Assembly: GCA_049975265.1 (NCBI GenBank)
Contig: JBNGDF010000037.1
Location: 1-19,755 of the forward strand
From: Fidelibacterota bacterium
GTDB taxonomy: Bacteria; Fidelibacterota; UBA2242
Length of the DNA: 19,755 bases
Direction of reading: 5' to 3'
The notes beneath the pieces are model-generated. The model saw nothing but the letters and a program-made list of their open reading frames with translations. It was not told the DNA's origin and did no database searches. Made by a program: the position numbers and the translations under genes. Each line of letters begins with the position of its first letter. Position 1 is the first letter of the stretch. Positions 18,177 to 19,755 of the stretch are shown here, piece after piece.

Positions 18177-19500
18177 TTATCGGTTTTTCTGCGATTTCTG
18201 CAGGGCGATCTTCACCGCTTCCAGCATTCTGCTGATGGAATAGGGCTTCTGAATGAAGTTGATGGAGGTGTCTTTCCCGATTTGTTCCCGGATACGTTCG
18301 TCGGTATACCCGCTGCTGAGGATGACGGGAATATCCGGTTTTCCGCTGGACAGTTTTTGGACCAGTTCATACCCGTTGGTATCCGGCAGAATCACGTCGC
18401 TAAAGATCAGGTCGAAACGACCCTTTTCGGCGGTAAAAACCCTGAGTGCCTCCCTCCCGTTGGATACCGGGAAGACCTGGTAGTCGTATTTCCGCAGAGC
18501 ATTCAGGGTAAATTCCAGAACACTTTGTTCGTCCTCGATCAGCAGAATCCGCTCCCCGTCTCCATACAGCGATTCGATGATCTCACGCTCATCCGTTTGA
18601 TCGGAGGTCGTCACTTTTCCGGCAGCCGGTAAATAAATGTTGAAGCGGGTACCTTTGTCGACTTCGCTGTAGAAATTGATCCAACCGCCATGTTTTTTGA
18701 CAATACCGTAAACCACGGACAGACCCAGCCCGGTTCCTCTGCCACTTGCCTTGGTAGTAAAAAAGGGATCGAAGATTTTATCCCGGATATCCCCGGGAAT
18801 CCCCTTCCCGTTATCGCTTACCCCGATACGGACATAATTGCCCACTTCAGCATGTAAAATATGTTTTTTATCGGATTCGGTGATTTCCACATTTTCGGTC
18901 TGAATGGAGAGTTTGCCGCCGTCGGGCATGGCATCCCGGGCGTTGACCGCCAGATTGGTCAGGACCTGTTCGAGATTGCCCTCATCGGCTTCGATCGTCC
19001 AGATTGCGGGTTCCAGGGTGGTCTCGATCGCAATATTTTCACCGATCAGCCGTCCCAGCATCTTCAACAGGTTCTGAATCGTCTGGTTGATGTCGACCGG
19101 TTTGAGCTCCATCACCTCTTTGCGGCTGAAAATCAGCAGCTGGCGGGTCAGATTGGCGGCGCTGGTGGAGGCGGTCAGGATCTGCTTCAGGTTGCGATGC
19201 AGCGGATCGTCTTCATCGGTATTCATCAAGCCCATCTGGGCATGTCCCATGATCACCGTCAGGAGATTATTGAAATCGTGGGCGACACCGCTGGCGAGGG
19301 TGCCGATGGATTCCAGTTTCTGACTCTGGCGCAGCTGCGCCTCCAGCGCCTCCTTTTCCGCCAGCATTCCGTTTACGCTCGGTAATATCTTCAACCGTCG
19401 CCATGCTGCCAACCATATTCCCCTTTTTATCAAAGAAAGGCGCTGTGGAAACGCTGATGATAATGGACTCTCCGCTTTTCTTGCGGCGAACCAGCTCCAG
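18177..19500 (-). pseudogene. Hybrid sensor histidine kinase/response regulator (partial PAS/PAC, HisKA, HATPase_c, REC), 5'-truncated and frameshifted
   Basis: Open frame 19367-18177 has H-box VAHDFNNLL, N-box [30 protein letters not shown] and REC motifs (IEDE, FSDVILP, SSGY, QKP). In another frame, 19500-19369 reads LELVRRKKSGESIIISVSTAPFFDKKGNMVGSMATVEDITERKR (PAC motif), offset by one extra base at about 19368 and preceded by an in-frame TAA at the repeat boundary. Confidence 0.85.
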
Positions 19501-19503
19501 TTA

Positions 19504-19755
19504 CTACCGATATGTCATCCCTGACGGGATTCTGTCCCTTTCGAATTACAGCAAGTCCGTAGGACTGATATGTCGGTAGCTTCATCCTAACCACAAATCC
19601 TATCAACCCCGTCAGGGGTGGCACAGTCACCATCATGTCACCCCTAAAGGGGTTGGGTTTTGATTTTGGTTTGCTGTTTACCGATATGTCATCCCTGACG
19701 GGATTCTGTCCCTTTCGAATTACAGCAAGTCCGTAGGACTGATATGTCGGTAGCT
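19504..19755. repeat. Array of REP-like palindromic repeats in alternating orientation, including a 77-bp exact direct repeat
   Basis: Units at about 19504-19531, 19553-19579, 19605-19625, 19635-19654, 19678-19705 and 19727-19753. 19505-19581 is identical to 19679-19755. Confidence 0.88.

Noticed and set aside
19430..19636. 68-aa minus-strand ORF
   Set aside because: Reads through the palindromic repeats and out of frame through the PAS remnant; not a credible gene.
19504..19755. Terminal repeats as a CRISPR array
   Set aside because: Units alternate in orientation and the intervening sequence is duplicated exactly, unlike unique CRISPR spacers.

Overview
Mostly housekeeping window from a probably anaerobic, diderm bacterium (inferred from a 2-oxoacid:ferredoxin oxidoreductase and a predicted outer-membrane barrel protein). 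Left to right it contains a frameshifted GNAT-type gene running off the left edge, a membrane-anchored TPR sensor with a C-terminal Cys-motif domain converging on an HD-GYP protein, and an Nramp-like transporter. A minus-strand operon (class-V aminotransferase, serA, DUF1015) is divergent from a plus-strand branched-chain amino acid catabolism cluster (ilvE, Cys-less CMD/AhpD-like protein, class-I aminotransferase, vorC-vorB-vorA). These are followed by a 930-aa zincin/beta-propeller/barrel protein and a frameshifted hybrid histidine kinase whose PAS domain is cut off by an array of REP-like palindromes at the right edge. Best leads: a candidate multi-stem RNA leader before ilvE, DUF1015 in the serB position, the accessory proteins of the Vor cluster, and the REP array with stem covariation. 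Both window ends show signs of possible chimerism or sequencing error. Family assignments come from motif recognition, not database searches, and no clearly new multi-gene system could be demonstrated from sequence alone.
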